Positions 61,853 through 63,054 of a stretch of 63,054 nt of DNA are shown piece by piece. The stretch covers positions 1-63,054 of the forward strand of contig MGYU01000040.1 in assembly GCA_001801885.1 (NCBI GenBank). The letters are read 5' to 3'. Both the position numbers and the translations under genes were made by a program. The notes beneath the pieces were generated by a model. It had not been told where the DNA came from. It made no database searches and was given only the letters and a program-made list of their open reading frames with translations. Source of the stretch: Gammaproteobacteria bacterium RIFCSPLOWO2_12_47_11. GTDB taxonomy: Bacteria; Pseudomonadota; Gammaproteobacteria; Eutrophobiales; Eutrophobiaceae. Numbering within the stretch: the first letter of the stretch is position 1; the number at the start of each line of letters is the position of its first letter.

Positions 61853-62221
61853 TTACCGCGTCACTTTTTTAACGATAACGCATTCTGAGTCAGTTGCTTT
61901 CCTCGCCTCTATTAATTTTTCATACATCAGTTTAGCGCGTTCGTTATCCCTGACCGAGCCGCCTTTTTCACCCGGCATCGCCTTGTTTCTTTCAAAGGTG
62001 ACGCCTTCCTCGTAATCGGAGAAGGATATACGTGACGCTATGTGGTCAAGCCGGCAAGTACAGTAATAGAGATTCTCATCACTCAGACCTCCATTTTCGG
62101 CCATGCAGTTCAGGGCGAACCGGACAGTTTCCTCGGATGAAAAATCAGTAGCGTTGACATTCAGAGAAATCACCATGAAGGGTAATAAAAGCATTTTTGA
62201 AAGTCTGTTCATATAAATCAA
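61853..62221 (-). CDS. Hypothetical secreted Cys-containing protein
   Basis: 122 aa. Signal-like MNRLSKMLLLPFMVISLNVNA and four Cys in the mature part. Confidence 0.45.
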   Translation of the reverse strand: MIYMNRLSKMLLLPFMVISLNVNATDFSSEETVRFALNCMAENGGLSDENLYYCTCRLDHIASRISFSDYEEGVTFERNKAMPGEKGGSVRDNERAKLMYEKLIEARKATDSECVIVKKVTR

Positions 62222-62310
62222 GGTCTCGTGTTAAATGGTTATATTAATGTTCCAGTCAATAAATTATCGGTAAGCATAAAGCAGTTAGGGCCATCTTTGT
62301 ATCCTTTTGT

Positions 62311-63054
<744 letters not shown>

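Overview
A 63-kb chromosomal segment of a gammaproteobacterium, roughly mid-40s % GC by eye, with Pseudomonas-like gene order. It spans the replication-origin neighbourhood and is almost entirely conserved housekeeping operons. In order: mltF (partial) and amgK-murU; yrbG-kdsD-kdsC-lptC-lptA-lptB-rpoN-hpf-ptsN-hprK-rapZ-EIIA(Man)-HPr-EI; mgtE; polA; hisA-hisF-hisI-hisE; tatABC; a divergent rhodanese/ArsR pair; ilvE. Then mnmE-yidC-yidD-rnpA-rpmH on the minus strand face dnaA-dnaN-recF-gyrB on the plus strand. These are followed by comF, bioBFHCD, and a complete aa3-type cytochrome c oxidase structural and biogenesis cluster (coxB, coxA, small ORF, cox11, coxC, DUF2909, SURF1, CxxxC protein, ctaA, cyoE). 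The window ends in a frameshifted, partial metY. The only clearly accessory stretch is a ~9-kb LPS-core/glycan-decoration island (about 27.9-36.8 kb) between ilvE and mnmE. It holds an ELM1-like protein, a Zn-ribbon methyltransferase, GT4 and GT9 glycosyltransferases, a GT9/GT4 chimeric relic, a low-GC PAPS-type sulfotransferase and a low-GC orphan gene. I consider this island the best candidate for something undescribed, namely sulfated/methylated LPS core chemistry, but that is inference from motifs only. I saw no CRISPR array, transposase, integrase, prophage or recognisable defence-system gene. Three independent gene-decay lesions (glycosyltransferase relic, DUF2244-like pseudogene, metY frameshift) and several overlapping convergent stop codons suggest a compact genome that may be eroding. 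Coordinates I derived by hand counting rather than from the ORF track may be off by 1-2 nt.
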